A stretch of DNA of 64,000 nucleotides, from positions 1 through 64,000 of the forward strand of contig NW_024704810.1 of assembly GCF_018977255.1 (NCBI RefSeq). Reading direction: 5' to 3'. This DNA comes from Callorhinchus milii (Eukaryota). The notes beneath the pieces were generated by a model that worked only from the letters and a program-made list of their open reading frames with translations, was not told the DNA's origin and ran no database searches. Positions 25,504 to 39,268 of the stretch are shown here, in pieces. Position numbers and translations under genes: made by a program. Each line of letters starts with the position of its first letter. Position 1 is the stretch's first letter.

Positions 25504-26199
25504 ATGTATTAATGTCACGGGACGTTGCGAGAGCGTTGATGGTGGAGTTGGAGAAAGTTGGCTGGGAGGCTGTAAGATACCGTGAGGAGAGCTAAACAGG
25601 AAATAACATACAGAAGTTGTCATATTCTGTGAGGGAGCAGGTCTGAATGTTATGTACAAACCTTGTGTCTCTGTCGTTGTGCGTCACCTTCTCTGCTCTG
25701 CCATCTCACTCATCCAATGGTTCTCTTCCATCAGTGACATGTCTTTGTTAAGCATTGTGTCTGAACCAAGTTACACCATATTCCAGTTCACGAAAACCAT
25801 TCATCAGTTCCACATATATGCCATTTCGCGTGTAAATGTGCCTATGGAAACGATTTTTTTCTTTCCCCCTGGAGGAACGCATAGTGTTTGCTTAATTTAA
25901 CAGATTACTGGGTGCTGACAGGCAAGAGACAAGACTTGGTGAGGTATATCTATTTTGGGCTACATTCTGGTGCATTAGTTCTCTTTTGTTGTTATGTTCA
26001 ACCGCTGTCTGCTGGCAGGAAAAAGCGTTTTTTTCTAAAGAAACCGGTTCCCCCAGCTTGCAAAACGACTGCTTAATCCCATACACAACAAGACAGCACA
26101 GCCTGTTTACACCACTCTCCTTGTTAATACTGTATAACCACATCAGTTTGTTGAAAGCACCAAATTAAATACGTGAGCGGAAGTCATGACTTTCTGCTG

Positions 26200-26238
26200 A
26201 GTTTTTGTACGGGGTATGTGACTTCCTGTAACAGTGTG
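26200..26238 (-). other. 23-RSS (variant heptamer)
   Basis: CACACTG 26232-26238, 23-bp spacer, ACAAAAACT 26200-26208. Confidence 0.85.
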
Positions 26239-27016
26239 GGGTCCAGGGCACAGTAATACACAGCGCTGTCACCCACAACAGCCCCGAGTATCTGCAGCTT
26301 AATTACTTTATTCTTGTTGATCAGCTCAGCAGTGAAACGTTCAGGTAGATCAGGAGATTTGTTTACCGTTCCAGTGGTTAATATCCTGAGCGCGTATTGA
26401 AGAGCTCCGCCGGGGTTTTGCCTGTACCAGAAGACAGTATCCAATCTTGAAATATTGCAGTTTAGTGCCACGTCTTGCCCTTCAATTTCTGTTTTCTCGC
26501 GAGGATACTGTGATACAACATCTTGCCCGCTAACTTCTGCAAGAACAAGAGCAACACATTTTTCTGAGCAACTTATAATTTGCTTTTATCCACTTTATAG
26601 AGCACGTTACCGCACAGTACATCAGTCTCAAAGAAACCACAGAATATATTGCAAAGCGAATTGATTATATTTTTGGCGAAACTGAGCAGACAATTGAACA
26701 CCGCAGTATTTCACCGATATTATTGTAAATTCATTCATACGATAATGGGTTATTGACCTCCGATAGCGATCGGGGAATCGACTATCAACATGTTTCCTAC
26801 TTACTGCTGTGGAAACAGATTGGTGAGGTGTGAGCAAACGCATTGAAAGGTTTCATTGCCTGCAATCAAACTCGGGTTCTCTCGCTGGTGAGGCGACCTC
26901 TCTAAACATTATGCTTCGGAAATTTTATAATGTAAAAAAGCATGCACTGTGCATGTCCACACATACTTACTGGCTATGGTGAGGATGGCTATCAGTAACT
27001 GGCAGAGAGCTGTCAT
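26239..27016 (-). CDS. TRAV/DV: TCR alpha/delta V gene (family F), apparently functional
   Basis: Leader 26971-27016 (MTALCQLLIAILTIA, A|GTAAGT); V exon 26239-26536 KVSGQDVVSQYP..ALNC..FWYRQ..RFTA..DSAVYYCALDP. Confidence 0.88.
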
Positions 27017-28084
27017 GTTGGCTGCTGAGGTGTGGACAGATAATGGGATCTCTTCCTTTGTATATCGCTGTGTTGCTGCTTCAGCGACAACTTGTGAGGC
27101 AGCGGCTGATCTGACGTGTTGAATGGTTTATTTTGTACAATTGTAGGCGTTTCCCACTAACCAGAGGAACTTGAACTTGATCTGATGGCGATTGGGAGCC
27201 AATGGGTCTGGGCTTGGATGGGAACATTGACAAACTTTTCATCCAATGTCATTTCCCTTACAATGTATTATGTGAACCGCTTTGCGATGTCTGTAAGATG
27301 TGATCAGTCACTACATCAAATGAAAACTTTATTTTTATTTAAAACTTTATTATTAAAGTGAATGCATTCGTTAAGTTGATGAATGGTTGAGACATGCAGC
27401 AGAGACTGAAGGGATAAAAGTTTACGTTCTGACATCAAGGCTGAGGTGACAACATTTCTCTGTTGATGTTACTTTCTCCTGTGAGGATCACGAAGTTGAT
27501 CTGCCGCGGATTGAAGGCGAGAGGTTCTGGGCCAGGATGTGAGTAGTCGCGTTTCACCCACTCACAATTTTGTTTTAAACTATATTCTGTGAAGCGCTTT
27601 CAGACGCCTCCATGACGCAATATGGTTCCATATCAAATGGTCATTTTTATTTTCATTATTGATCTGAATGCATTCACTTGGTTGATTTTGAACCAAGCAG
27701 CCCAGCTTTAGAAAAAAGTTTATTTTCTATCATCGTGGCTGAGGTGAAAATCTGCCTCTGTTGCTGGTACTTGCTTTTATGCGTCTGAATGTTGTTGGTT
27801 TTGCACCCAGTTCGGCAGTTACATCTCACAGGCGATACGAGATAGTTCTTGAATTCTTAAATTAAATTAAACTAGGGCGGTTCTAATCTCTTTTTCAAAC
27901 TAAACCAATATCAATGACCGTATTGTTCTTTACAAAAATTAACACATTTATTACAGCAGTGAGATCCACATAAAGGCCGCTGTTTATGTTGTAGAAATAC
28001 AACACATATAACAAGTGACACAACTGATGCTTCTCGAGCAATATAAGTTTTGTGCTAATCATTTTTCAGACAAGATTTTTACAC

Positions 28085-28265
28085 TTCAGCTGAAGCAGCA
28101 ACAGTGTTTATGAGTGAACTATGTCAACTGTAACAAGAAGCACCTGTTATTGCTGCCAAGTATGTTGGCTGCAGAAAGGAATGTGACAAGTTATGTCAGT
28201 CGGAGCTCATGTTATATATCTTTCCAATGCGATATCTGCTGGCGGATTGCAGCTACAGCTTTTGT
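28085..28265 (-). promoter_or_regulatory. ETS/E-box plus CTCF-like block, copy 5
   Basis: GAAGCACCTG near 28137; CCAGCAGATATCGC 28229-28242 (2 mismatches). Confidence 0.55.
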
Positions 28266-28407
28266 GCATTTGGAGACAGTTGATAGCAAACAGTTTTCGG
28301 CCCGTCATAATTTTCCCGTTATGAATTTCACTACGTAAATGCAAGTTAAGGTTTCTTATTTTTTACCCTTTTTTCAAAGAACAGGTGAAGACACTTCAAC
28401 GTGCAGG

Positions 28408-28742
28408 TAATAATAATAATAATAATAATAATAATCCTTGCATTTGATATAGCGCTTTTCACGTCGGGAGGACGTCCCAAAGTGCTTCACTGAACATAAT
28501 GTAAAGTGAATTGACTGTATATTTGTGGGCGAACGCGGCAGCCAATTGCGCACAGCAATGTCCCACAAACAGTCATGGATTGAAAATGACCAATTTATTA
28601 TTGTTTTTGGTTTTGGAGGGATTATTATTAGGCTCTGTGTGGAGTAAGGAAACTTGCCCAAGGTTTCGCCCTCTGCCTGGAATTGAACTCAGGTCTCTCA
28701 ATTGCAAAGCGAGTGCTCTAACCACTGAGCTACAGGTCTCCC
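28408..28742 (-). mobile_element. Well-preserved tRNA-headed Deu-type SINE with (ATT)n tail
   Basis: A box tagctcagtgg, B box gagttcaattcc, Deu-like gctgtgcgcaattggctgccgcgtt, L2-like tail gggacgtcc..gtgaaaagcgctatatcaaatgcaagg(att)n. Confidence 0.85.
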
Positions 28743-28940
28743 CAGAATGCAAAATATATGAAGCTATTTCTGTGAAAATAACATGAACTTATTTAGCAAT
28801 AATAATCGTTGCAATGATTACAGTGCCAAACCATATCTTCGAAAAGCCTCAAAGCGCTTTGCCGTGAATCGAACCGACGTATCTCGCTTTCTTGCTGATG
28901 GCGAGTGCTGTAACCACTGAGCTACAGGAATCCACATGGC

Positions 28941-28979
28941 AGTTTTTGTAGGGCGGAATCGCTGATCTGTGCCTCTGTG
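28941..28979 (-). other. 23-RSS (variant heptamer)
   Basis: CACAGAG 28973-28979, 23-bp spacer, ACAAAAACT 28941-28949. Confidence 0.85.
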
Positions 28980-29790
28980 GGGCTCAGTGCACAGTAGTAC
29001 GCCGCGGAGTCTGTAATTCTCACTTGGGATATATTTAACGGGACGGTTCTACGACTTTCATCCAGTTTCGTTGAGAAACGTTCTTTTGCAAAGTCTGCAT
29101 GTTGCGGTTGGCCCCTGCCGTATGTCCAAAGGATATATTCTGGAGCTTTGTTAGGATAATGACGGTACCAGAACAGATTGGGAGTGTTGCTTGTAGTTGT
29201 GTAATTACACTGGAGACTAACATCCTCTCCTTCATTCACTGTTAAAGCAGATTCGAGCTGTGTCACCGAATCACCTCCACAATATCCTGGGAAACAGACA
29301 CAATGCAACAACATTCAATACAATAATTATAATCACGTTGATAAAGCTTTCAATTCATATAGCGACTTACCACAGCGTGGAGATGTCCAAGCGCTTCATG
29401 TAATTCACATTAAGTGTATTTTCTGGGCAAAGCACCGCATCGTATGCGCACAGAAGTAACCGCTAACGAGTTCTGGATGGCGAGCACATATTATCAAAGG
29501 TAATTTTTTTAAGGGATTATCACACCACAAAAGGCATCTGCGGATCGACTTATAATCGGAAGCCCACGTACTGACAGGTCAACACCGGCGTGTGTGTGGA
29601 GTAAGGATACTTGCCGAAGGTTTTAACCTGTGCCGCCAGTCGACCGCTAAAGCCATGTCGCATATTGGTTATTGTATGCAATAAAACATAAGCATTGGAT
29701 TTTATTTGCAGGGACCAGACTTGACGAGTGAGTTTATCGCTTACCTGATAAGGTAATGATCACTGCTGCCACATAGATACACATTGTCGT
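28980..29790 (-). CDS. TRAV/DV: TCR alpha/delta V gene (family A), open; first ATG is ACG, second in-frame ATG available
   Basis: Leader 29745-29790 (ACG-T-M-CIYVAAVIITLS-G; ATG at 29782-29784); V exon 28980-29286 GYCGGDSVTQ..LQCNY..WYRH..DSAAYYCALSP. Confidence 0.85.
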
Positions 29791-31148
29791 ATGTGTTTAA
29801 TGGCAAGTGGCGTTGAGAGAGAGTTGATGGTGCAATTGGAGAATGTTTCCTGGGAGGCTGTAAGACACCGTGAGGAGAGCCGGACAGGAAACAACATACA
29901 GAAGTTGGCATATACAGTGATGGAGCAGGTCTGAGGGTTATGTACAAACCTTGTGTCTCTGTCACTTTGCGTCATCCTCTCTGCTCTCCCGTCTCGTTCC
30001 TCCATTGGTTCTCTTCCATCACTGATGTATCTTAGTTCAGCTGAGTGTCTGACACCTGCAGCAAGTTATAACCATGTTTAAGTGAATCGAAAACACATAC
30101 ATGGGTTCCACAAATGTTTGCCATCTGTGGACTCCTGTAGCTCAATGCTTATTGCTCTTGCCACATAAGCGGGAGATGTTGCTTCAATTCACGGCAAGGC
30201 GAAATATTGGCCATCTTTCGTTACTTCCTAAACACATCTGTTTACCTTGCTGTAAATAATAACCAGGTTCTTAGTCGATTATCGGCTTCCTTTCTGCGGA
30301 TAATATTCTCGTTTCTTATTCAAAATGCACAGTCATACTTAACACTACAAATTACAGTAAACTATATGAAGCGCAATGAGACACCGCAGAGACGACACAA
30401 GGCGCTGTTCCAAACGTTAAGGTTTGCTATGATACAGACAGTCAAAATAAGTTAGGACGAGGGATTCAGTGGACCTGAGTGTGTGCAGATGCCTCGATAT
30501 AGAACTAATGTGTGTGTCTCTGCCCCATTTAATTGCAAGTGTCCTTCATGCCCCTTTCCGCTCTTGGCTTATGGGTTACAGCAGTTTGGGTACAAAACAT
30601 AAATTTACTCGTCCAATTCACAGCTATGGTTGTGTAGTGTTTATTTAGCTGAATGCGGCTTTATATTTTCACATTTATTTTTCTACAATGTGTGTCTGGC
30701 ACACGAGGAAAACCATCTCCCTGATTTTGAGTATCCACGTAAAAACTGTGCCTTATAATCATAAGCTTTCCTATTGATATTTCGTCCTATCACTTCTTCT
30801 GGACGACTCAAAGCGTATCACGTTAATAACTTAAACTGCAGTGACTGAGTTTATTACGGCCGAAATTGTTTGTATTGCGGATTGAACGCTTACGCCAATG
30901 TCGCACAACGGTGTCATACTGACAGTGATATGATCGATAACCGTTTTTTTTGATTTTTTTGAGGAATTGTCGCTCCAGGAAAAGCGATCCGCTAATCGAC
31001 TAACTGCCAAGATCCTACTTATTGCGGGATATACAGAGTCGTGAGGAGTAAGGAAACTTTCCCAACGTTTTGTCCTGCAGGGAATCGAACCCATTTACTT
31101 CGCTTGCGAGGCGAATGCTCTGAACATTGAGCTGCGATAAACCCAACA

Positions 31149-31187
31149 TGTTTTTGTAGAGGTCCCCCATAGACACGTAGCACTGTG
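31149..31187 (-). other. 23-RSS
   Basis: CACAGTG 31181-31187, 23-bp spacer, ACAAAAACA 31149-31157. Confidence 0.9.
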
Positions 31188-31645
31188 CTGTCCGCACAGA
31201 AGTAAGTGGCGGTGTCTGTCAGTCGCACGTTTTTGATTGTTAGTGTGCAGTTTTTTTCTTTTGTATTGGTCAAAGCTCTTATCCTATCCTTCACATTTAT
31301 TTCTCTCTTTCCCAAAACCAAGAAGCGAATGGAGCCGTTTCCATACTGTTTGTACCAATGAAAGGCTGGGTTGTACCCTGTGGTGTTGCACTCCATAGAT
31401 ACGTTTCCATTTTCATTCCCTCTCACGGCCTGAGGTGACTGTGAAACATCACTTTCAGCCAATATACCTGGAAAGATAGTATAAATGAACATACTCGCAA
31501 AGGAATTAAGATAGTGTCTGGCGCGATAAACTGTAACTTTTTAGCAGGTAAAAAGAATTTGTTTATCCAAATTCATGCACTACTTACACCAAAGCTTTAT
31601 TGTTAAATTCAAAATAATATACGTTGTGCTGAAAATCTGCTTCAT
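31188..31645 (-). CDS. TRAV/DV: TCR alpha/delta V gene (family C), the only intact copy of this family here
   Basis: Leader 31588-31645 (MKQIFSTTYIILNLTIKLW, T|GTAAGT); V exon 31188-31467 CILAESDVSQSP..MECN..HWYKQ..NCTLTI..DTATYFCADS. Confidence 0.87.
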
Positions 31646-32328
31646 TTTTAACTCTGTTCGATCCACGTCAATATAACCTGATGAATTGCAACCAGAAATC
31701 ATCTAAAGTCGGTACCTGGTGGATAAACGTTGGCTCACTTGAGACGTTGACTCTTATCCTCGCGTCATTACTCTGTCTCTGTTCATTGCTGGAGATGTAT
31801 TGCGACTCCTCCTATCTTTTAAGTTCAGATTCCCTCCGCCTCGCAGTGGCAAACCACAGTCATGTGTGAAAGAGACACTGTAGAGGAAGCGAGTTACAAA
31901 GACTGAAGCAGATAAAGGTAAAAATAACAATAACCCATAAAGCGCCTTATCGCGTCATTGAGACGTCTCAAAGCGCTTCATGGAGTACACTGTAAAGTTA
32001 ATTGACTGCATAAGTTGTGGGACAGTGCGGCAGATCATTACGCACATACGTCGCCCACAAATATTTGTGGCTTGAATGACTTATTTAGCCCTTTTTTAAG
32101 GAAATGTTACCACTGAAATCTATCAGCCATCTGAGTAGCAACCGGGTTACTATTTACTGCAATGTTAAGCCAAACCGTGTGGAGTAAGGATAAGTGCCAA
32201 AAAAATTTGCCCGAATAAGAATCGAACCAATCTCTCCTTCTTCCGAGGCGAGTGCTCTAACCACTGAGCTGTACGTCCAGATGTCCTGAGGAATGAGCCC
32301 AGATCCTGACAATAATAATAATTATTAG

Positions 32329-32548
32329 ACAGAGCCTAACAATAATTCCTCCAAATCCAAAAACAATAATAAATTGGTCATTTGCAATCTCGCACTGTTT
32401 GTGAGACATTGCTGTGCGAAATTGGCTGCCGCGTTCGCCCACAGATATACAGCCAATTCACTTTACAGTGTGTTCTGTGAAGCGCTTTGGGACGTCCTCC
32501 CGACGTGAATAGCGCTAAATCAAATGCAAGGATTATTATTATTATTAT
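32329..32548 (+). mobile_element. 5'-truncated Deu-type SINE
   Basis: Same body and tail as 28408-28742, opposite strand; same insertion at 47343-47560. Confidence 0.8.
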
Positions 32549-33220
32549 AATAATGATGATTATATTTATGATTGCATTTGATAAAGCGCCTTATGGTGCC
32601 ATTGGGATGACAGAAAGCGTTTCGCAGAATATTATGTGCTGCGTTATGTTGTACAGAGATTACTGGAGGCGAAGCGGGTCGTCTACTGGACACGAGTATT
32701 CATATTTTCAGGGAACAACTTGTTGTTATTTTTTTAAGGGATTATGAATTCTGGTAAAGCGATCAGCCAAGAGACTACCAACCGTGTTCCTGCGTCTGCG
32801 AGAAAGACAGAGGCAAAATAAAATTATGTTATATTATATTATGTATAGCAACGACATTGTGATTGTGACACTTGAAACGTGGTCGTCTATTGCACACAAA
32901 GAGTAAACGATTGAGTTACCAAATTGTTGTTATAAATTTTAAGGAATTGCTACTCCTGGAAAAGCGATCCGCTATTCGAATGACAAACGTGTTCCTACAA
33001 CTGATAGGAAGGCAGAGGTATGTGTGTGGAGAAAAGAAATCTGCCCAATGTTTTGTCCCACCCGGGAATCCAACCCAAGTCTTCACGCTTGCGAGCTGAA
33101 TTAGCTCAGGTCAAACCAATAGAGCACTGGACTATATAAGTCAACAGATATAAATGCTGTTTTAATTTTACTTGATGCAATGGTTCCCCCTCGCGGTTCA
33201 GCAGCAAATGAACCAGTTGC

Positions 33221-33259
33221 AGTTTTTATACGGAGTCGCCACACCACGGAAGCAGTGTG
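33221..33259 (-). other. 23-RSS (variant heptamer and nonamer)
   Basis: CACACTG 33253-33259, 23-bp spacer, ATAAAAACT 33221-33229. Confidence 0.8.
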
Positions 33260-34041
33260 GGCTCGTTGGCGCAGTAATACACGGCACTGTCCCCGATCAG
33301 GACGGTGGCAATACTCAGTTTGAAATCTTCTTTCGTTTTATCGACTTTGGACGAAAATCGTTGTTGGAAGTCAGGGCTCTTATTATCCTTCCCTGCAACA
33401 GACAGAAGAATGTAGACAGGAGCGTTCCTGGAGGCTTGTCGATACCAAAAGAGACTGTACGCATCACTGATTTTCTTTAAGGCGCAGGATAATTTCACAT
33501 CTTTACCCTCTTCAACTGATATTTCAGCAATCGGTTGATTCCCAATGTCTTGCAGGCTGTTTCCTGGGATTTAAAAGAAAATATTGTTGAGCAGCAAGTT
33601 TGTCTAATATGGAGACTGTAGTGTATTGGTGAGAGCATTCGCCTCAGAAGCAAGAGTTATGCGGCTTTGATATCAGGACAGGGGAAAGCTGAGGAAATTT
33701 TCCCTACTCCATACGCTTTTGTTTAAGAAGCAGTAAATAGGAACACGTTTACCAGTCGATTGGCGCCTCTCTTGTCCAGGGGTAATTAGCCCTTCAATAA
33801 TGGATCAATAATGAAACAGATAATAATTTGGTCATTCAATCCATGATTATTTGAAGAAAACTGCTGTGCACAATCGGCTCGAATAAAGGATAAGGCACTA
33901 TATCAAATGCAATGATTATTAATATTATAATGCGTCAAAAGGTATAACAAGATATTAGAAAAAGAAGGTATACAAAAGACACTAACGGCAAAGTAAGCTG
34001 AGAGTGATTGAGAGCACAGCACATGTCTCCCACATGAGCAT
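33260..34041 (-). CDS. TRAV/DV: TCR alpha/delta V gene (family B), apparently functional
   Basis: Leader 33987-34041 (MLMWETCAVLSITLSLLC-R); V exon 33260-33563 ..DVKLSCAL..FWYRQ..DSAVYYCANEP. Confidence 0.87.
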
Positions 34042-34094
34042 CCTGATCCCGTGTCTGACATTAACTCCCCAATGTGGATTGATGGGGCCTTTTG

Positions 34095-34385
34095 GCTCAG
34101 TAGCCGCACAGTTACATCCCCGCCCACACAGCCACTGCCACGCCCACAGAGCTACGTCACTCAGTCACTGCCCCGCTCACACAGCCACTGCCACGCCCAC
34201 AGAGCTACGTCACTCAGTCATTGCGCCGCCCACACATATCCCCGCCCACACTGCCACTGCCTCGCCCACAGTGCTACGTCACTCAGTCGCTGCCCCGCCC
34301 GCACTCAGCCTCATCGACCAATCACTGCCGTTACTTTACAGCGCTCCGCCCACACAGCGCGCCGCCCCCTCCACTCCCCGCACAC
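34095..34385 (-). repeat. Expanded family-B promoter minisatellite
   Basis: About 3 copies of cacacagccactgccacgcccacagagctacgtcactcagtcactgcccc-like units plus GC boxes. Confidence 0.8.
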
Positions 34386-35409
34386 AAACACACACAGTGC
34401 CACACAATCACGTCACTCAACCCACAACATTGTGTGGGCCACTGTTTTGCACATTTGACTACCAAGTTTGACCCGCACAATACAATCTAACGCCCCACAC
34501 ACCTCCCACCACTTCACCTCCTCCAATCCACACCCGAACACTATCCCACACCCACAGTGCCGCAAAGTAAGGCAACTCAAACCACAACATTTTGTGGGAC
34601 ACTGCTGTACACAATTGGCATCAAACAATATAGTCACTCGACGTTCCAGCGTATTCTGTGCAGAGCTTTCAGACATCTCAATGACATAATATGGCAGTAT
34701 ATCAAATGCAATCTTTGTTATTATTATCGTTATTATCACAGTGTTGAATAAGACATACCCTTACATTTGTGTTCATTAACCGTGTTTGAGAAATGCTTTT
34801 ATCAAATACAGCCTTGTCATTTGGTCAATACGCCACAAAACTCCTCGTTGGTTTCAATGTCGAGTACAGAGTCAGCGTGGTTGTCAACTTGGCTCCCAAT
34901 TTGTGCACAGCATTGTCCCAGAAACAGCTATGAATGAAGGATGAATTTTATAGATGGAAAGTCTGCCCAGACAGCATTGGAAACCTGGTTATTTCTCGAG
35001 CAGTGCAATGGCATTTTCATAGTCCCTTCATACAAACCGCCTGGACCTGGGTTTAATATCAACTCGTTAGGACGAGCTTCACCGACAATAAAGACAGCCA
35101 GGCCTGCTCTAGAGTGTCAGCCCAGAACAGAAAAAAAAATCCAATACATATTACACAGTGATCTTTTCAGTCGCATTTCAATATGTCAGAGACGTATATT
35201 TTTTTCACACAGCAAGTTATTCCGATCTTCAACGCGTTGCCTGAAAGGTCAACTGAAGCCGTTGCGGTTACAACTTTCAACTTAGATAAAACTACTTATT
35301 AGCGGCTGCTATTTGGGATGAAGGCAATAATATTCAACATGCGGCATAGAAATTGTTTCTTGATCAACCTAAGCCTTGTGTGAATACTTTAGGCAAGTAT
35401 TTGGTAATT

Positions 35410-35590
35410 TCAGTTGAAGCTGCAATAATGTGTATGAGTGAACACTGTCAACTGCAACAGGAAGCACCTGTTACTGCTGCAAAGTAAGCAAGTGACAGAA
35501 AGCAACGTGACAAGTTATGTTAATTGCAGCTCATGTTCCATGTGTTTGTTTGGTGCGCCATCTGCTGATGGATTGTAGCTACAGCACATA
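35410..35590 (-). promoter_or_regulatory. ETS/E-box plus CTCF block, copy 6
   Basis: CAGGAAGCACCTG near 35458; TCAGCAGATGGCGC 35555-35568 (1 mismatch). Confidence 0.6.
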
Positions 35591-36681
35591 TACATTTGGT
35601 GGGGTTTCGCAGCATATAGTTGTTTTTGTTTTTGCATTGGAATTTGATATATTTGTCACATTTTCCTGCTCGTTACTCCTATCTTCTGTTTTTCCCTGGA
35701 ACATTCCTGTGCAACGTCGGTCACATTCCTTAATTTGTCATTTCTCTGTGCAAACATTTGCTGCCTGACTTGCCTTTTTAGTTCATCGCCAAAACGCTCC
35801 CCTAAGTGGAAAGCGCTAAATTGGAATACCAAGAGGCCATTCTGCTCCTTGAGCCATTTCCAACGTTAATTCATATCTTGGCTGATACATCCCTCAGCTC
35901 ATATTCCAGCCGTTTCCCCCAATCGATTGAAATTCTGTCCGAAAATAAATGTATCCAACTTCGTCTGCATAATAGGAACGGAACTAACATCCCCAGAATC
36001 TTTGTGGAAATTTTCCAGATTTCCTTACATTTTTCATAATTTTTTTTCTAATTGTCTCTGCTAACTGGACTGGATAATGCACTTTTACTTCTACATTCCC
36101 CAACCAACCAGAATAAACAGTTTCTCAATAAATAGAGGAAATAGTTTTTGGGGAAACTACATAAATGGAACTTGTTTATTTTGATGTTTTCTTACTGAAT
36201 AAAGCAGCACAGAAAGAATCGTGCAAGTGACAGCGTTCCCCAGAGGCAAGACATTTTTTACTTATTACTTGGATGATAACATGACTACAGTTAATAACAT
36301 TAATAGCAATAACAGTTGCATTTGATACTACGCCGTATCAGATCTTCGGGACGCCACACAGTGCTTCATAGAATATACCGTAAATGAATTGACTGTATAT
36401 TGTGAGTGCAAAGCACTGCTACAAATTGTACACATCGCTATCCCAGTGCATGAAGTGCCCAATTTATTATCAACGCTAATATTCCGAAGGAATTGTTATC
36501 TCTGGAAAATCGAAACGCCAATCTATTAACAACCTGCTTCCCACTTACTGCTGGTAACCAGAGACGTGTATGTGTGGAATAAGTAAAGTTGCACAATGCT
36601 TCGTTCTGCTGGGAATTGAACCAAAGTCTCTCCCTTGTGTGGCGAGTGCTATAACCACTGAGCTACAGGGTTCCACATGGC

Positions 36682-36720
36682 AGTTTTTGTAGGGTGGAAT
36701 CGCTGATCTGTGCCCCTGTG
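36682..36720 (-). other. 23-RSS (variant heptamer)
   Basis: CACAGGG 36714-36720, 23-bp spacer, ACAAAAACT 36682-36690. Confidence 0.82.
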
Positions 36721-37503
36721 GGGCTCAGTGCACAGTAATACCCCGCGGAGTCCGTAACTCTCACGTGCAATATATTTAATGGGACGGTTCTCTCCGCTTT
36801 AGACACATTCGTTGAGAAACGTTCTTTTGCAAAGTCGGCCTCGTGTTTGATCCTGTTGTTGGTGTCTGTGCGAAGGATATATTCTGGAGCTTTGTTGAAA
36901 GAGTGTCGGTACCAGAACAGATAGTCACTGATGCCGCCTGTAGCTGTATAATTACACTGCAGAGAAACATCCTCCCCTTCAGTCACTGTCACAACCGATT
37001 GGAGTTGTGTTACACTTTCCCCACCACACCATGCTGGGAAACAGAAATACAACAACAACAACAATAATTATAATTTTATTTGGGACAGCGCCTTATATCG
37101 TCGTTGCTGTGTCACCAAACACTTCACAGAACATAACGTGACTGTGCATTTTGTCGGCGAGACGTGTGATCGCATTGCTAGCAGTCGTAGTACTTTTAAA
37201 TAATTATTAGCCCCTAAATGAGATCCATCAATCCAGGAACTAAATGGCAGCTGTGTAAACGGATAATGTGCAGAGTAAGGCAACTTGTCAAAGGTTTCAA
37301 TCGAACAGAGTTGCTATCGCTTGCGAGGCCAATTCGCTCTCCAATGAGCTACAAGAATCTGCGAGTCATATTACATATTGGATATTTAATGCAGTAAAAA
37401 TTAAGCGTTGGATAATACGGTCAGGAACCAGTCTGACAGAACCAGTTCATCGCTTACCTGACAAGGTAATGATCACTGCAGCCACATAGATAAACATTGC
37501 CAT
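36721..37503 (-). CDS. TRAV/DV: TCR alpha/delta V gene (family A), apparently functional
   Basis: Leader 37458-37503 (MAMFIYVAAVIITLS-G); V exon 36721-37033 AWCGGESVTQ..LQCNY..WYRH..DSAGYYCALSP. Confidence 0.88.
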
Positions 37504-38808
37504 ATGTACTTAGTGGCAGGTGGCGATGATAGAGCGTTGATGGTGCAGTTGTAGTATGTTGACTGGGAGGCTGTGAAATGCCGTGAGGAGGGCTGAACAG
37601 GAAACAACATGCAGAAGTTAACATATACTGTAAGGGAACATGTCTGTGGGATATGTACAAACTGTGTTTCTGTCATTGTGCGTCATCTTCTCTGCTCTGA
37701 CATCTCGCTCCTCCATTGGTTCTCCTCCATCACTGACATGTCTTCGTTCAGCCGAATAGGTGTCTGATATCTACAGCAAGTTACACCCTTATTTCAGTTC
37801 ATCAAAAACAATTGCGTGAGTTGCATATCTGTTTGCCATCTGTGCATGTCAATGTGCCTGTGTAAATGAACTTGCTTTCTTCTTCGAAGGACACATCTTG
37901 ATTAATTATCTTCGCAGATCTCCAGGAAAAGACCGTCACGAGTTTTGGACAAGTTTCCTTTTTCCAAACGCTTAACAGTAATCCATCCAAAACAATAATA
38001 AATAGGTCAGATTCATTCCAAGACTCTTTGTGGTACTATGCTGTGCGCAATTGACTGCAGCGTTTCGCCCACAAATATACGGTCAATTCACTTTACAGTA
38101 TAATCTGTGAAGCGCTTTGAGACGTCTAGAAGACGTGAACGGCGCTATATCAAATGCAACAGGTATTTATTATTGTTATAAGTGACAAGACTACGGGTGG
38201 CAAATCTATGTGAGGCTAAATTCTGATTACGTACTTTCAATTTTTTTATTAATCAAAGGGATTGATACGCCATCTGTCTACTTACAGGATTACCATAATT
38301 TTCTCTTCATAAGCTGTGGAATATAAACATCTCTGTATCTATAATAATATTTGTTGCCTTCGATAGAGCGCCTAATCATGGATTCGAGATATGTCGATGC
38401 GATTCACAGCATATAATAGCAGTAATCACTATGATTATCATTGCGTTTTATATACGACCTGGTCACATCATCGAGGCGACTCAAATGGCCTCACACGATA
38501 TCATGCAATATGAATTGATTATACATTAATTTGGAGCAGTGCAGCTGCAAATTTCCCACAGCATCGTTCCGAAAACTCCCTTGGCAAATTCTTCCCTTGT
38601 GAAAGACCCCAACGGAATGTAATATTTCTAAATATATTTTCATATTCAATTGACCCAAAAACTATCCCATAGATTTCTGTCATGTTTTAAAATTATAAAT
38701 TTTTAAGGCAGTATTACCCTGGTAAAGCTTACCGCCAAATTACAAAGAACCGGGTTCCTACTCACTGAAGAGTGGAGTGCATGTGGAGTAATGAAACTGA
38801 TCACTGGA

Positions 38809-38847
38809 GATTTGTGTACGGTCTCTCTATGTGATTGTGTCACTGTG
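38809..38847 (-). other. 23-RSS
   Basis: CACAGTG 38841-38847, 23-bp spacer, ACACAAATC 38809-38817. Confidence 0.8.
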
Positions 38848-39268
38848 TCTCCACTGCACACACGTAGGTGGCGGCGTCTGTTACTTCTGTGCCTGTGATG
38901 CTCAGATTACTGCCCTTCTCTCTATAGTTCATTGTAGCTGTGATCTTCTTCTTCTGCTGCTCTCCTGTCTGTCCTGTTACCAAGTGTTTGAGGGCCTGGT
39001 TCGGATATTGTCCGTATCATTGTAATGCCCGCGATTCTGTTGTGAAACAGCTGATAATTACTTCTTCCTTCTCCGCAACAGTCACAGGGAGTGGCGACTG
39101 GGGGACTGTATCCTGACCACTGACACCTGGTAAATGCAAAACAATTTGTTTGTGGAACTCACCCATTAATTTAAGTAGAACTACATACAATTTCTGTAAA
39201 GCACACTCACCCCATAGGTTCACGGCAGCTTTCAGGAGCAGGAATGCTAAAGTGTAATCGCACTTAAT
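38848..39268 (-). pseudogene. TCR V pseudogene (family G)
   Basis: V exon 38848-39126 GVSGQDTVPQSP..IISC..LQ*YGQ (Trp41 TGG>TGA at 39017-39019)..DAATYVCAVET; probable leader 39211-39268 with ATG>ATT (xKCDYTLAFLLLKAAVNLW-G|GTGAG). Confidence 0.83.

Noticed and set aside
27720-27835. Minus-strand CNCRTGCKT peptide resembling a Cys-rich transposase or CRC motif
   Set aside because: Cysteines and frame are not conserved in paralogous blocks at 4.8 and 42.2 kb (stops present).
34004-34490. Long His/Pro/Thr-rich ORFs at 34.0-34.5, 49.5-50.1 and 21.6-21.9 kb
   Set aside because: Read-through of the GC-rich promoter minisatellite; frames are not conserved between paralogs.
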